A stretch of 64,000 nucleotides of DNA from Babesia bigemina (taxonomy: Eukaryota). Shown piece after piece: positions 31,380 to 42,912 of the stretch (positions are counted from its first letter, which is position 1; every line of letters begins with the position of its first letter). Location: contig NC_027218.1 of assembly GCF_000981445.1 (NCBI RefSeq), positions 620,001-684,000 on the forward strand, in the 5' to 3' direction. Both the position numbers and the translations under genes were made by a program. Under the pieces are notes generated by a model that saw only the letters and a list, made by a program, of their open reading frames with translations, was not told the origin of the DNA and did no database searches.

Positions 31380-33574
31380 TCACATACCCATTAAAAAGCA
31401 TATATCGTCCTTCCAACGGGGTATGCGATGCGCGGGTTTGAGGTCCAGGTCAATGAGGGAGAACCTGAAAAAATTCGGCCCCTTTCTGCCGTCCCCCCCA
31501 TTACACTCAAACAGCACGTTGAGTACTACCGACAGGTCCATAGAAGTCCTGCCGCCTAGGTACAATTCAATCCACCTGCCGGCTGCTTCAAGCAGCATGG
31601 CGCACTTCTTGGCCAATCGGTCGTCCACATTGGGTTCCGAAGTAACCCCTTTTTGATTTGATAAGGCGAGGTTGCATCCTTCGGTCCCCTGCACCTCGTG
31701 ATCTTTTTGTGTTGCGATATATGTGTGGCTAGTTGCCATCACCGGGTTTGTTGAGCGATCAATTGTTCGCAGCATCCATTCTAGCTCGTTGAAGGTCACC
31801 AAGGGGACTGCTTGGTCCTTGCAACTGTGTCTCTTGAAAAGTCTGCCTTGCGACTGTACCGCAAGAGTTCGGTTCAGCTTGTGAGTGTCGTAGGGTCGTG
31901 TGACGCCACCCCTTCCGCACCGTGCCACGTTAAATCTGTCAACAGAGAGATTTCTACGTGCACAAGGTACCGACACATGCGATTTTGATAACAGCGTCTT
32001 TAGCATATTGCACAATGAGCATATAAGCCCGCGTCCGATGAGGTTAAACATCTTCTGGATCTTGTAAGCGTCGTCGTGGTTGCAGAATATGCTCCCCAGG
32101 AGCTCCTTTGACGTGAGCATAAGGTTATTGGTGATAGTGCTGGTTTTTATTCCGCCCGCATATTTCCGCCTCACTGAATTCTTTTTCCCCGCCAGGCGTG
32201 TCACCAAGCCTGTGAGCGAATATATCACGTTGGCTACAAACTGCTGTCCTGATGCCAGCGCCTGCAGCTTGAGTATTCGCGCCATAGTCATTTTATTTTC
32301 CACCAAACATCGCGCTACGCTGTTTAGCGCGTGGCTATTCGTCAATAAAATTGCCGGATCGACCTCGACGCTGTTGACGAAGACGCGTATGTTATTTTGC
32401 GGCGTCAGTGCCAAAAGTTGCAGCTCCCTGGCGACATCCTCCAGTTTCATACTGAAGAATTTGATCGGCGAATACATCGATTTCGCATGTCTATTTCGTT
32501 CAATTCCCGAAATATGCCCATTCTTCAGCGTTGCTTTTGTTGGCACGATATTCTGGTACCTGATGCGCGCCTTGTACGGCTGGCACAGTTGGAACAGGCT
32601 GGGCACTCCGTTGAAGTTGAGAATCCCACATTTTGGCTTCATCTCGACTGATATATTGCTGTAGTTGCTTATGGCCGCCTGTACCAGTGTGCTACCGAGA
32701 GATAGGCAGGCATCCAAATAAAAAAGGTCCTCCTCGAGAATGGCCAGTTCGTATTTCCCTGTATCACAGAAGCCATCAGTCCTATTTAGCACGCGTATGG
32801 AGGCTGGGTCGACTTCTACTGAAGTCTTGAGCGCGAGTTCCTTGATGTGGTATATGCGTTTCTTGTGGACCACATCGCCGTTGTATACGTTGACCTGGCA
32901 TTTGTTTGCACACACGTGCTCAGCGTGTCTCAGACCATCTGATGCGCCGCATTGCTTGTTGTCGGCACACCTGCAGCACTTGTCGCTGTCAAGAAGTTGC
33001 GATAGATGGGTTCGCAGCCGTTTCGCCACCGTCCTGTCAATGAGACAGCATGCACGCTTTGGTGTACATGATTCGGTCACATTGCTGCACCCCTCCTGCA
33101 TAAAACGGCAGAATTGGTCATGGTAGAGCATCCGCCGTATTTGCAAGGCCGAATCTGCCTTGCGCGGCAGCTTAAGAACACTGCAGTGGTTCCAAGGGAC
33201 TGCGGCATAATCAGTTCAACCATAAAAATGCGGTTGACATTGAGTACATCCACACAACGGCACGTTCAATAATCTACTACAACATCGGAAAGGCATTGCG
33301 TGACCTTTGAGACCACCTAAGCCGCCTGGGTTTAACCACTACCCTAGAAATCTTGGAATATAACTGAGCCACGGAAACCACAAAAAACATCGATATACGA
33401 CGCGATAGACTCGTTGCATTGATATAGGTTGTATGTCAACTGAATCACGCCGCTAGTTGCATCGAAATATTAAAAAAAACACTAACCTGCATCGTCGTCA
33501 TTAGATCTCCACGATTCCTGGGAAATCCTGTAGACGAATTGGCAATTTCCAGCACCGAGGGGCGCCAGTTTCAT
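31380..33574 (-). CDS. IPK1: Inositol-pentakisphosphate 2-kinase (IPK1)-like; exon 1 33574-33487, intron 33200-33486
   Basis: Exon 1 MKLAPLGAGNCQFVYRI (G-loop), then VLKLPRK, ISVEMKPKCG, YSPIKFFS, RTSMDLSVVL and LIDLDLKP, which are IPK1-family signature motifs. Confidence 0.75.
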
Positions 33575-34127
33575 ATTTTGAAACAGCGTGTTCGTCGCGC
33601 GTTAAATCGCCCAGTGGGCCGCCAGGTGGGATGCCGCTTAGCGGATCCGACTGCCTCTGGCGGCTCTGCGATCTGTCAACGGAGCAGCCAGTTTGTCTAT
33701 AAAACTGCTGCAATATGAGTTTCCGCCTTTGGCCGTACGTGTTGGTCGAAAGCGACTGGCGGGGTACGGAGGTGTACCCTCCACAAGATCGCGCACAGTT
33801 CTCCTTAATTTTGCGGCGCATCCCATGTACGGATAGATTCTACTGCGACACGTATTAATTTTACCATCACAAATCCTTGGACAGGCTGTGCGACGCGAAT
33901 CTAGCCGAGGTACGTCTACCGCTCTACACAGAGCCACCTTCATGGAATCCTACGCCTTCTGCGACAAGAGCGCCTTTCGTTGATTGTCTTCCAAGTTTCA
34001 CCACCATAATGGCATCCTAGAAGCAGGTTGCACGATCCAGCGCGGAAAATTTCCGGCGCGAGCTGGCGAAAAATCATCGTCGCATCGCGCAGAACCCTTC
34101 TCGTGCGTCACTTCGTCTTGCGCTAAG

Positions 34128-35879
34128 ATGGGCTGCGGCCGCACGTGCGCTGAAATATCAACTCGGCCTACTAATATGCTCGATATGCCTATGGATGGTC
34201 GCCATTGGCCGGGCGAGGAGAGATCGCCAATTCGCTACCCGGTGGACTGGCGCGCCGGTGGGTACTACGGGTTCCCTCCACGAGGCCGCTACAACTACAT
34301 CCCCTATGCTGTGCATCCCAGTTCGTGTATTAACCGTCCGGATATGGCGTCGGTACACCCTGGAGGGGCGCCCGTTGTGCGGCATCACCAGGGTCCGTCT
34401 AAGCGCCCCTTGAACTCGATCTTCGTGGAAGGTCAGGGCGGCAAACGCGTTTGCGTAGTATCGAACGGCAAACTCGATATATCGGACAAGGCTCTTCGAC
34501 ACGTGGTACAAGCGGGTGGCAAGGGCCCTCATCCGTCCGATGCTGTGACTTGTTCTTGCGGCGTTGGCAGCATTTTCCCCCGGATGCCAATGGCCAGACC
34601 TGGCATGGTGGGCGTGAATATGGCGCCAATTTCCCACTCCCGCCTCGCCGCGTCGGCCCGCTTCATGGATAATGGCATGTCGTATCCTCACATGAAGACG
34701 GTGAACACTTGCAGGGTGCCGACGTCATCCTCTGACTCCGCTCCCGGCGGCGGCCGCCTCCTGCCTTTTGAGTGGCCCGATAAGCAGAACGTTATCGTGT
34801 ACATGAACCACGACCAAGAGGTCGTTGACGTCCATGGCTGGCGATACGTGGACACATTGGGGGAGGGGTCTTACGGGAAGGTGTACTTCGTGCGCAACGA
34901 GTTCACTGGTGAGGAGTCAGCCTTCAAGCGGATGCTACTCCACAAGACGGGTGGCATTTCCCCTGCCATAATGCGGGAGATTCACTCTCTGAAGATTCTC
35001 GACCACGAGAATGTGATAAAGCTTAACAAAGTATACATCGGCGACTGCCGCGTGTACCTCAGCTTCCCGCGCATCGCCGGCGGCAACCTACGAAAGTTCT
35101 TGGAAAAGCACTATCCGCAGGGCATGCCGCTCGGCGAGGTGAAGGCTATCGCAAAACAACTGATCGACGCCATCTCACATATCCATTCCAAGCGCATAAT
35201 TCACCGGGACATAAAACCGGAAAACATCCTGGTGCAGACTTCGTCGGGCTACTCAAACCGAGAGCATGATGCGTCGACGTATGACAGGCAAGCACATTCA
35301 TCTGTAGGATCGCTTCCCGCGCCGCAGGCCGAATCTGGTGACTCAGCTACCGCTCGTGATCCAGGCCGCAAACCAAAGATCCAGAAGGTGATATTAACCG
35401 ATTTTGGGCTCTCAAGGATACACAAATCTGTCGACCTTCCTCTGTTTTACAGCGACGACACCAAGATGATGAACAGCCCCATGTCCCCCGAGGTGGTGAC
35501 GCTTTGCTACCGGCCACCTGAGTTGCTGCTTGGCGATTTTCACTACTCCTTCTCCGTGGACATGTGGTCGCTGGGCTGCGTCATATTCGAGCTGATAACG
35601 GGCAAGCCCATTTTCGAGGAGCGCACCGAATTCGCCCTCCTTATAGCCATGTTCAAGAGGTTCGGGACCCCCAACGAGGAAGACTGGCCGAACGTTGCCA
35701 ACTTGCCCTTCATGAACTCTGCGTTGCCCAAGCTGCAGACCAACTCGTCACTCTCCGAGTGCGCGGGCAAGGCGGACGCCGACTGCATGGACCTCCTTGA
35801 GCGCATGCTAGCGCTGAGTCCGAAGAAGCGCATATCCGCGCAAGAAGCACTTCTCCATCCGTGGTTCACAAGTTGCTGA
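34128..35879 (+). CDS. CDK-related (CMGC) Ser/Thr kinase with a long N-terminal extension (start could be 34128, 34176 or later)
   Basis: LGEGSYGKV, AFKRM, GISPAIMRE (PSTAIRE-like), HRDIKPEN, DFG, VVTLCYRPPELLLG, DMWSLGC, GTPNEEDWP and KRISAQEALLHPWF. Confidence 0.9.
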   Translation: MGCGRTCAEISTRPTNMLDMPMDGRHWPGEERSPIRYPVDWRAGGYYGFPPRGRYNYIPYAVHPSSCINRPDMASVHPGGAPVVRHHQGPSKRPLNSIFVEGQGGKRVCVVSNGKLDISDKALRHVVQAGGKGPHPSDAVTCSCGVGSIFPRMPMARPGMVGVNMAPISHSRLAASARFMDNGMSYPHMKTVNTCRVPTSSSDSAPGGGRLLPFEWPDKQNVIVYMNHDQEVVDVHGWRYVDTLGEGSYGKVYFVRNEFTGEESAFKRMLLHKTGGISPAIMREIHSLKILDHENVIKLNKVYIGDCRVYLSFPRIAGGNLRKFLEKHYPQGMPLGEVKAIAKQLIDAISHIHSKRIIHRDIKPENILVQTSSGYSNREHDASTYDRQAHSSVGSLPAPQAESGDSATARDPGRKPKIQKVILTDFGLSRIHKSVDLPLFYSDDTKMMNSPMSPEVVTLCYRPPELLLGDFHYSFSVDMWSLGCVIFELITGKPIFEERTEFALLIAMFKRFGTPNEEDWPNVANLPFMNSALPKLQTNSSLSECAGKADADCMDLLERMLALSPKKRISAQEALLHPWFTSC

Positions 35880-35904
35880 CAGCATTTTCAAAATTTTACA
35901 TACA

Positions 35905-36913
35905 CTACGCCTCCGATTTCGCTTTGTTTGCCGCCTTTTTGTTAATCGGGATGGTGCGCAACGCGCCGGGGAATGTGGTCCTAGCTTTGCAGAGCTGGCA
36001 TTCATACGACTGTTAATGCGATATAAATGACCGCATAAACTTACCATGACCGTTTTATGCGAGATTACATGCGTCTGCTGCATTAATCGCCCCTTGTCTT
36101 TTTTTTGCTTTGCATGGGCTCTTCTGACTGGACGTCGCTGTAATACGTGCGAAGTTGGACCTACACTTTTTACGCTGCATTTGCGATGTCCTCGAACACC
36201 TGACCTTCACATTGACTCCAAATGTCCGCACCACGCCGCAGTTGAAACAGATACACCGCCGTTCGTCTTCCGGTAGTGCTGCGCATCATTGCCATTGGTG
36301 TTCGCCGCTACTCACATCCGTTTGCATCCTTGAGGTGACGTAGCGCCTGACGCCTGCAACATCGTTAGCACACCAACATCAGCTCACGGAACCACAGTGT
36401 GCCGCTCTGAAGTTACGCGCGCATCGACCCTTGTGCACAAGGGCTACAGTCACTGTGGTAGGTTTAGATAGCGACTTCAGTCCCCCCAAACCGCCTTAAT
36501 TTGCGCCTAGTGACGCTGCCATTTCTCCCAGTCAATTTCACTGTGATGAAAAAGGGATATAGCACCAAAGGATTGCGCATCAGCAGGATGTCGTATCAGC
36601 GAAGTTGCATTTGATTCGTGAATGCACATAGAATCAGGCACTTCAGTTACAACGCATACAAACCATAGACGTGCGTATGGACTTACATCAGCCCGTGAGA
36701 TACCGAAGGAAGGGTGGATGCGAGCTGTGCCGCTGCCTCGGCGAGGTGCTGTATCCTCTTCTCCAGAGCTTCCTGGGAATAAGCCCTAGCTCCACTAGTT
36801 GGAGCTTGCATTTGTCGATCACAGCTTATTTCACATCTTAATCCAGCTGCTTTTAGCGACTGTGCGGTTAACGGTGTAGTGTCGCGCGTCGACGTATGGC
36901 TGTGCGATAGCAT
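35905..36913 (-). CDS. RNase P/MRP subunit Rpp21/Rpr2-like zinc-binding protein, multi-exon (one internal junction uncertain)
   Basis: The spliced reading KRIQHLAEAAAQL…MRQALRHLKDANGSLPEDERRCICFNCGVVRTFGVNVKV…SYECQLCKARTTFPG* fits the Rpr2 pattern (R..fL..A; LxxxxKRxxCxxC…G; CxxC). Confidence 0.6.
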
Positions 36914-37103
36914 GGCTGAGGTACTCTCAGTTCTCTGTGCGTCCAGAACCGCGTAATCCAGTCATTACACCGTATGTGTGCATTATCGGAGGGGATTTAA
37001 AGGCATAATCACCCGGCAGCATGCCTTTTTTTCAGGCTAGCTTTTTAGACAAGTACTAGCCGTCTTTCTGGCGCACTCGTTTGGGAACCGAATATTAACG
37101 ACA

Positions 37104-38126
37104 ATGTCGGACAACACTCTTCAGATAGTCGTGAAGATTCTTTCCGACTTGGGTTATTCTATGACTCTGAAAAGGCTGCGTAAAGAGGTTGGGGATGACA
37201 AGGTGCGTATCTGTGTTGATGTTGTTTTCGCTTTCCTTTGTTCTTTCTTCGGCGTTTCACTGGCTCGCAGCTACGTCCAGAGAACGTTCCGCAAGCGGTG
37301 AAGGCATTCAACTTTAAAGCCCTGGCGGCTGGACTGCTTGTGAAGGAGGGTGATGTGCAGCCTGAGCCCAAAGTGGCTCCGAAGGTCGAAACTGCCGACG
37401 CCTCTACGCCCGTGGTAAAGCCAACACTTAAGAAATTGGTGTTTGTGCAATCTAAAACGGAGAAACCGTCCAGTCAACCTGAGAAGAAGCAGGTTATGAC
37501 TGTGGATGCGGAGATGCCCAAGGGTACGGCTCGGTTATTGAGCGCATTCATGTCGTTGCAGGGCGCTTCAAACGCATCCAAGATGAAGTGTGGCTAGATC
37601 GCATCGAAAAAGAAGAGCTGAAGGAGAATTCGTACTTGATGAAGAATGACGACTTCTCGCTCAAGGCGGCGCAGGAGCTCATCCAGGTAGGCATTGCGAG
37701 CCCCATGCAAACAGTGGCATGACTCCATATATGTTTATCTCCAAGCGTGCCCGCATTGGAAACTGTGGAGGTTTGGTAGTGGGGCGCACCCTAAATTCGA
37801 ATGCGTCGTGTACGTGTGGTTGTTGCTTGCTGTATGTGGAACCTTCTGCTACAATCGTGGTTCGTATGAAGTACAATAATCCGTGTTTGTCGTTCACCGT
37901 GGCATCTGTAGTTTTACTACCAAGCAGTGTCCTCATTTGTGCTCAGGTGAAGGGGAAAAATTTCAGGACTGAGAAGATGAAGAAAAAACGGGCGTCATGG
38001 AAAGGTTCAGGTAGGTACACGTGTCTAATTATCGCAATAAGAAGCAAATACGGCCTACATTTTTGTACAGGCGAGATAACGAGTCACGTGAATTCAGTCC
38101 AGTTTGACGACTCAGACGGCGACTGA
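37104..38126 (+). CDS. SRP40/Nopp140-like nucleolar protein (LisH-like N-terminus, SRP40_C domain), multi-exon
   Basis: VVKILSDLGYSMTLKRLRKE, GRFKRIQ…LKENSY…KAAQELIQVKGKNFRTEKMKKKRASWKGSGEITSHVNSVQFDDSD. Confidence 0.85.
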
Positions 38127-38349
38127 GGCCTATCGCATGTTGTAACATTGCCCCAAATCGTGGGCACAAGTAATGTTAGACAGTCGAGTTGCGCAGATAG
38201 TGTTCGTGTAGTGCTCACGTATTTTCTAATAACATTGCTCATCTGGGGCCTTATGGACGCTAGTGCGAGCAATGTCCGTGCAGTTTCACCGCCGACACCG
38301 CAGTGCCTTTTTTGATAATAACAGAGACACAACATTACTGCAAGTCCGC

Positions 38350-40389
38350 TTATATGCTAAGCGTTAGCGCGTGCGTTGGTTGCGCTATGTACCAGTCCAG
38401 TGGCGAATGTTTTGCGACGTTGCGCGCAACCGTCTTGGACTGCTTTGTGATTTGCGCTGTTCTATCTTGTCCCTCGGCAACCTTTTCTTTCAGGTACATC
38501 ATGTAGTACAATTCTGCGTTTTCGATTTCGGGCAAGCCGGAGTTAGCCTCTTTTTTCGACTCCTTGTCCTTCTTTGGCGTGAGTACCTCGGCGCACCTTG
38601 TGAGGATTGCGCAGTATATAGGCAAGAAGATTTCTGGGTTGACGGATTCTTCCGCGCACCCTTCCAGCGTGTCGCGGATCATGATTTGCGCTTCGTGCGA
38701 TATGGCGAAGATTCCCGTGTCGTGAATGCACTCCAGAATATCCTCGAAGCAGGACTCGTATAGCATTATCATGGAGAGGTGCACAATCTCCTGGCACGTG
38801 ATGAAGGCGAACTCTTCAACTTTAGATGCCGTCTTGGCGTGCTTGTCGTGCGCCCTGAGGTGTTTTTTGTAAAGCACCGGCATGATCAGGGGCACTATGG
38901 GGAAGAAAACAATGCGCTTGGCTGCCAGCGGTAGTTGCGATATGCCGCAGAATGCGCCGTACAGAACGGGGAGTGTGCAATTTTCATCGACTACGGCGCG
39001 CTTGTATATGTTCATGAGGTAGTTGTCGATTCCCTCTAGACCTGATTTGGCGTCCCTGAGGTTGGTGGCAATATTGCCTAGTGCCTGCGCGGCAATTACG
39101 GTTTGATGACGTGTAAATACCTTTGCAGCCAATCTCCTGATGCACAGGTTGCGATGTACGGATTGTAGGTCGCGCTCATCGTCCTGCTTCAAAATGACAG
39201 TAAGAAGCGGCACGACCAGCTGATGCACGTGGAAATGTATCTGTAGCTTCTCGTTGGCTGCGATTGCCTCGGCGAACATCAGTATCGCCTCTATACTTGT
39301 GTTATCACGCTCCAATTCTGAGACAAAGAATAGAGAAAGCTCCGGCAGGAGGTGATCTAGTGCGGGGGAATTCTTCAGAATAGAGAGGACCTTTCGCAAC
39401 TGGAGTTGAACCTGGTGGTCCATTGTGTTGGATGCCCTTTTGATGGTGTTTTTGATTTCTTTGAGGAAGAACCTTTGTTCCTTTGTGAGGATGTGTTCTA
39501 CCTTCGGTATTGTAATGTTTTGGAGTCTTATTGCCTTGTCATCCGCGCTCTTGTCCACAGGCCTACTGTAAACATGAGTTGCTCGCATTTACACACGGAA
39601 AGTACCAATCAAATGCACAATTATGCCTAAGTAAAAACCCCGAACTTACTTTTCGATGGAATTCCCCAGGTGGCGCTGCAGTGAGTCGACAATCGCCTTC
39701 TCAACTGTATCGTCGCTTCGACACGACGTGCGGATGGTGGGCAGTTTGATCTTGGAAGCCAGTTTTTCGACGTCATCGAGCTGCTTGGTAGCATCCTCCG
39801 AGTTCAGAAAATTTACATGGTCTAGCGACAGCTGCAACATTTGCCGCTTGGCCTCCTGGTTAAACTCGTCAGTCACGCATTGCGCCATGTTGCTCGCCAG
39901 TGCTGGTACGATGCCGTTAACGATCATCCAATGCACAGTTAGCCCAGGCTGCGCCGGTATGGCCTTTTGCATGTCGCGTGATACGATATCGCTAAGTTTC
40001 TGCCTTCCCCAGCATCGCTCATCCACGGCGTTTTTGAGTGTGGACTGCCGCTTGACCACCCTATTACCCTTGTAAAGCTTCGACGATATGACATAGCGAT
40101 AGTCGTAGCAGTTTGTGTAACCGTCTAGGTTTTCCATCCGAAGCGTTCTGAGCGCGTCTCTAACATCGTTCGGCATGAGCGTCGGATGCTTATCGACATA
40201 TCTGCAACTCTTGCTCATGAACCTATGGGCCATCTGAATGATTTGCTTGAGTCTGAACTCGACGGTGTTGGCAATGAGTGCGGCAGCCTCCTCGCTCAGA
40301 GTGACCTTGTCGCTTTGAAAGAGCGGGTGCGTTTTAGAGAGCGCCATGATAGCTTCGGTTGGTATTATTGTTGTTCTGAACGACTCCAT
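38350..40389 (-). CDS. TAF6: TFIID subunit 6 (histone fold plus HEAT-like C-terminal domain), multi-exon
   Basis: LSEEAAALIANTVEFRLKQIIQMAHRFM…LMPNDVRDALR…ENLDGY (histone fold), IPAQPGLTVHWMIVNGIVP, VEHILTKEQRFF and LLPELSLF…HVHQLVVPLLT. Confidence 0.85.
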
Positions 40390-40458
40390 TTTATACGGTT
40401 GGCTGTAACTTCTGAAATAGTGTTGGGTAGGCCCTACCTTGAAGATGTCTGGAAAGTT

Positions 40459-41634
40459 TCAGTTTGTCCTGGAGTGAGACGTAGAGACCCGTAGACCTGA
40501 GTTTGCCATATACGGCAGCAATTCAGAACTTACTGAGCGCCTATGCTGTCTAACAACTGGAGTGTGGTACGTATGTCTGAAGTGCTGAGACTGTCCTCGT
40601 TGAGCTCCAGGGCGCGTATGACCTTCTGGAGTATGTCACGATCAAAAGGCCATAGCTGCAGTATCGACCTCGCCGCTTTGACCAATTGCTGGTGATTCCA
40701 GCCACCCCTCTCGATTTGGAGTTTTACTGCATATGTTTAAGCAAGGTTCAAAGGTTGGTTCCGGGACGGCAGTCCCAACATGCACATATCTTACAAACTA
40801 AACATCATTGTGTTGTCAAAAAAGTGCGCATATAATTACACTACAGGTAAACCTAACATCACATAATTCCACCGATCATCTCTAAACGCTTTGCCATAGT
40901 TGTATCACGTTGCAGATTTGGGTGTGCTACAACGCAAACCCAGGTAAAAACTCACCCTTATCCAGCAACAACTCTGTCAATGTGTGCGTGTGCCGTGTTT
41001 TCGGGAGTCTGGTGATCGTTGTGATGAGCTTGTATATCAGAGTTCCATCATGGAGTTGCTCCACCTTTGGGATGAGCTCACTTTGCAGTTGCTGTATGGA
41101 TTCACAGAATACAGTGACGTGAGATTCAACGGTTTCCAATCGATCGCCCGACACCTGCTCGTTTTCCTTATCCTTTCCCGCGGCTTGCAGCTCTTTAGGT
41201 ATATGGTGTGCCGCGTAGTAGAGTAATTCGACGAGTTGGTTCAGGTTCTGTGTTTTCGCAGCCTCAGACTCCACGAACGTGCCCGTTATGCTCTTGATGG
41301 CGCTGACGTCGTGTAATTTATAAAATTTGACGAGGAAGTAGAATAGAAGCTCCGTCCGGTACCTCTGCACGCTCGAAGTGATTTTTGAAACAACTGGACG
41401 GTAGAAAGGACTTCTTCGTATCTCCGATATGCCTTTCTGACCCGACTTTTCCACAATCCTTTCCAATATTGCCGCGGAGTCGAAGGGAGATAGGTAGTGT
41501 ATCTGTGAGTCTGCAACCTGCCTCAATAGGTCGCCCGTTGGCTGCTGCAAGCTGACTTTGAATATGGACTTCTCGGCGCAATCAGCTGGTATACGGTATA
41601 TTTGCGGAAATATACAGCGGAGCCTGCTCCTCAT
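40459..41634 (-). CDS. Uncharacterised helical protein, possibly organelle-targeted; multi-exon, 3' exons approximate
   Basis: A 235-aa first ORF with an Arg-rich N-terminus ends near a gtgag donor. A further in-frame exon (KLQIERGGWNHQQLVKAARSILQLWPFD…) lies near 40570-40727. Confidence 0.55.
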
Positions 41635-41878
41635 GACCCATCTCTGAGATTCTGTTGAGAGCGTCTAGTTGCCGCCCCTACTGCGAGCGCGCAATGTGCC
41701 CTCGGTTACGTTTACCGCAGCCGCGTATAATATTTCACACGTTGTGTATGGAGGGTGCCGAGGTTCTACGGCGCTGGTTGGTCCAACAACTCGGCCCCGA
41801 CAAGTCGCAATGTGTAGAATGTCTGCGCGTCGCGGGTCATCTGTTTATTATATTATGCCAGCGGGACATGTGTTTGTG

Positions 41879-42748
41879 TTAAGCTACTTTGGCTATTTTC
41901 CGCTGCCTGATGTATTTGGATGCCAGCTCTTCGCCGGCAATGGCTGCGATGGCTTTGTCGAAGTAGGCATGCCTCTTCTTCAGGCGATTTTGCTCCCTGT
42001 ACTCTTCCATGTGTTTGTCGAGTCTCTTGAGCTCCATCTCCATGCGCTGCTTCTTGAAGGCATGTCTGTACCAGACCTTCGGGTGCAGTACGTCCCTGTC
42101 GTGGTAGTGGACCTTCCCTAGGTAGTAGTCGGTGTTCCAGACCCACGGCAGCCCTGATGCGCTGTGATAATCCTACCGGTATGGCTTACCATTCATGTAG
42201 TACTGCTTCTCTATGTCCGCTCGATACCTGGCGGATATTTTTGGCGGATGTGCTTCGCCCAGCTCATCCTTGATTGGCAGGAACGCCTTGGGCACAGCGT
42301 GCCGGCGTCTTCCACCGCGTACGTAGCACGATTGGGGGTTCCAGTCGTCCCAGTTTCTGCAGTACAGTTAGGCACGTTTCTCGTGTAAATTTGATAGGTT
42401 GTGATATGCACATCGTCCACAGCGTGGGCCAATGCTTTCGATTACTTGTGTTTGCACTCACCGGGAAGGCCAGTTATCAAGTCTGTAGCGCTTTTCCTTG
42501 TTCAATTCGACATAAGGATTGAATGTAGGTGCGATTCGTATGCCGTTGACTACGTTTTCCTGGTACTCTCGCCTCGGCGTGCCCGGGCACTCGGCCATAT
42601 ACCTCGGTTTGACGCGCTCCTTGAGTATGTCGAACCTGGATCTCCACGGCAGCTCCCTCACAGCGCGATTCTAGTCACCGGTGTGTACACATTAGGCGTA
42701 TCTTACCACAACCGCTGCCGCCGCCGTTTTGCAGAGCTTGTCACCCAT
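41879..42748 (-). CDS. Probable mitochondrial ribosomal protein mL59 (MRPL25-like), multi-exon
   Basis: Spliced reading …HPPKISARYRADIEKQYYMNGLPWVW…KQRMEMELKRLDKHMEEYREQNR resembles the mL59 motifs (HPPkiSxRxxADl; KRxexixxxmxxmxxxi). Confidence 0.6.
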
Positions 42749-42912
42749 CGCCTCCGATGTCTATAAGTGCCATCTCGACCGGCCATATACCGCTCTATTG
42801 TGTTACTATAATTAAACCGGTTATGCGTTTATGCTTAACATTGTATATAGGGGTGAGTGACCACACAGCTTGCCACTGGCCTTCCGCTGCGACTTCACCT
42901 CGTCACTACATT

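Noticed and set aside
36476..36650. Resemblance to RNase P/MRP RNA conserved regions or a C/D snoRNA (GTGATGA at about 36543)
   Set aside because: The P4 strands do not match the consensus, the C box is antisense to the host intron, and no suitably placed D box was found.
39085..39120. Apparent peptide insertions in TAF6 (VFTRHQTVIAAQ), ITPase, ATAD3 and TOP3 ORFs
   Set aside because: These are short in-frame GT..AG introns read through by the ORF finder.
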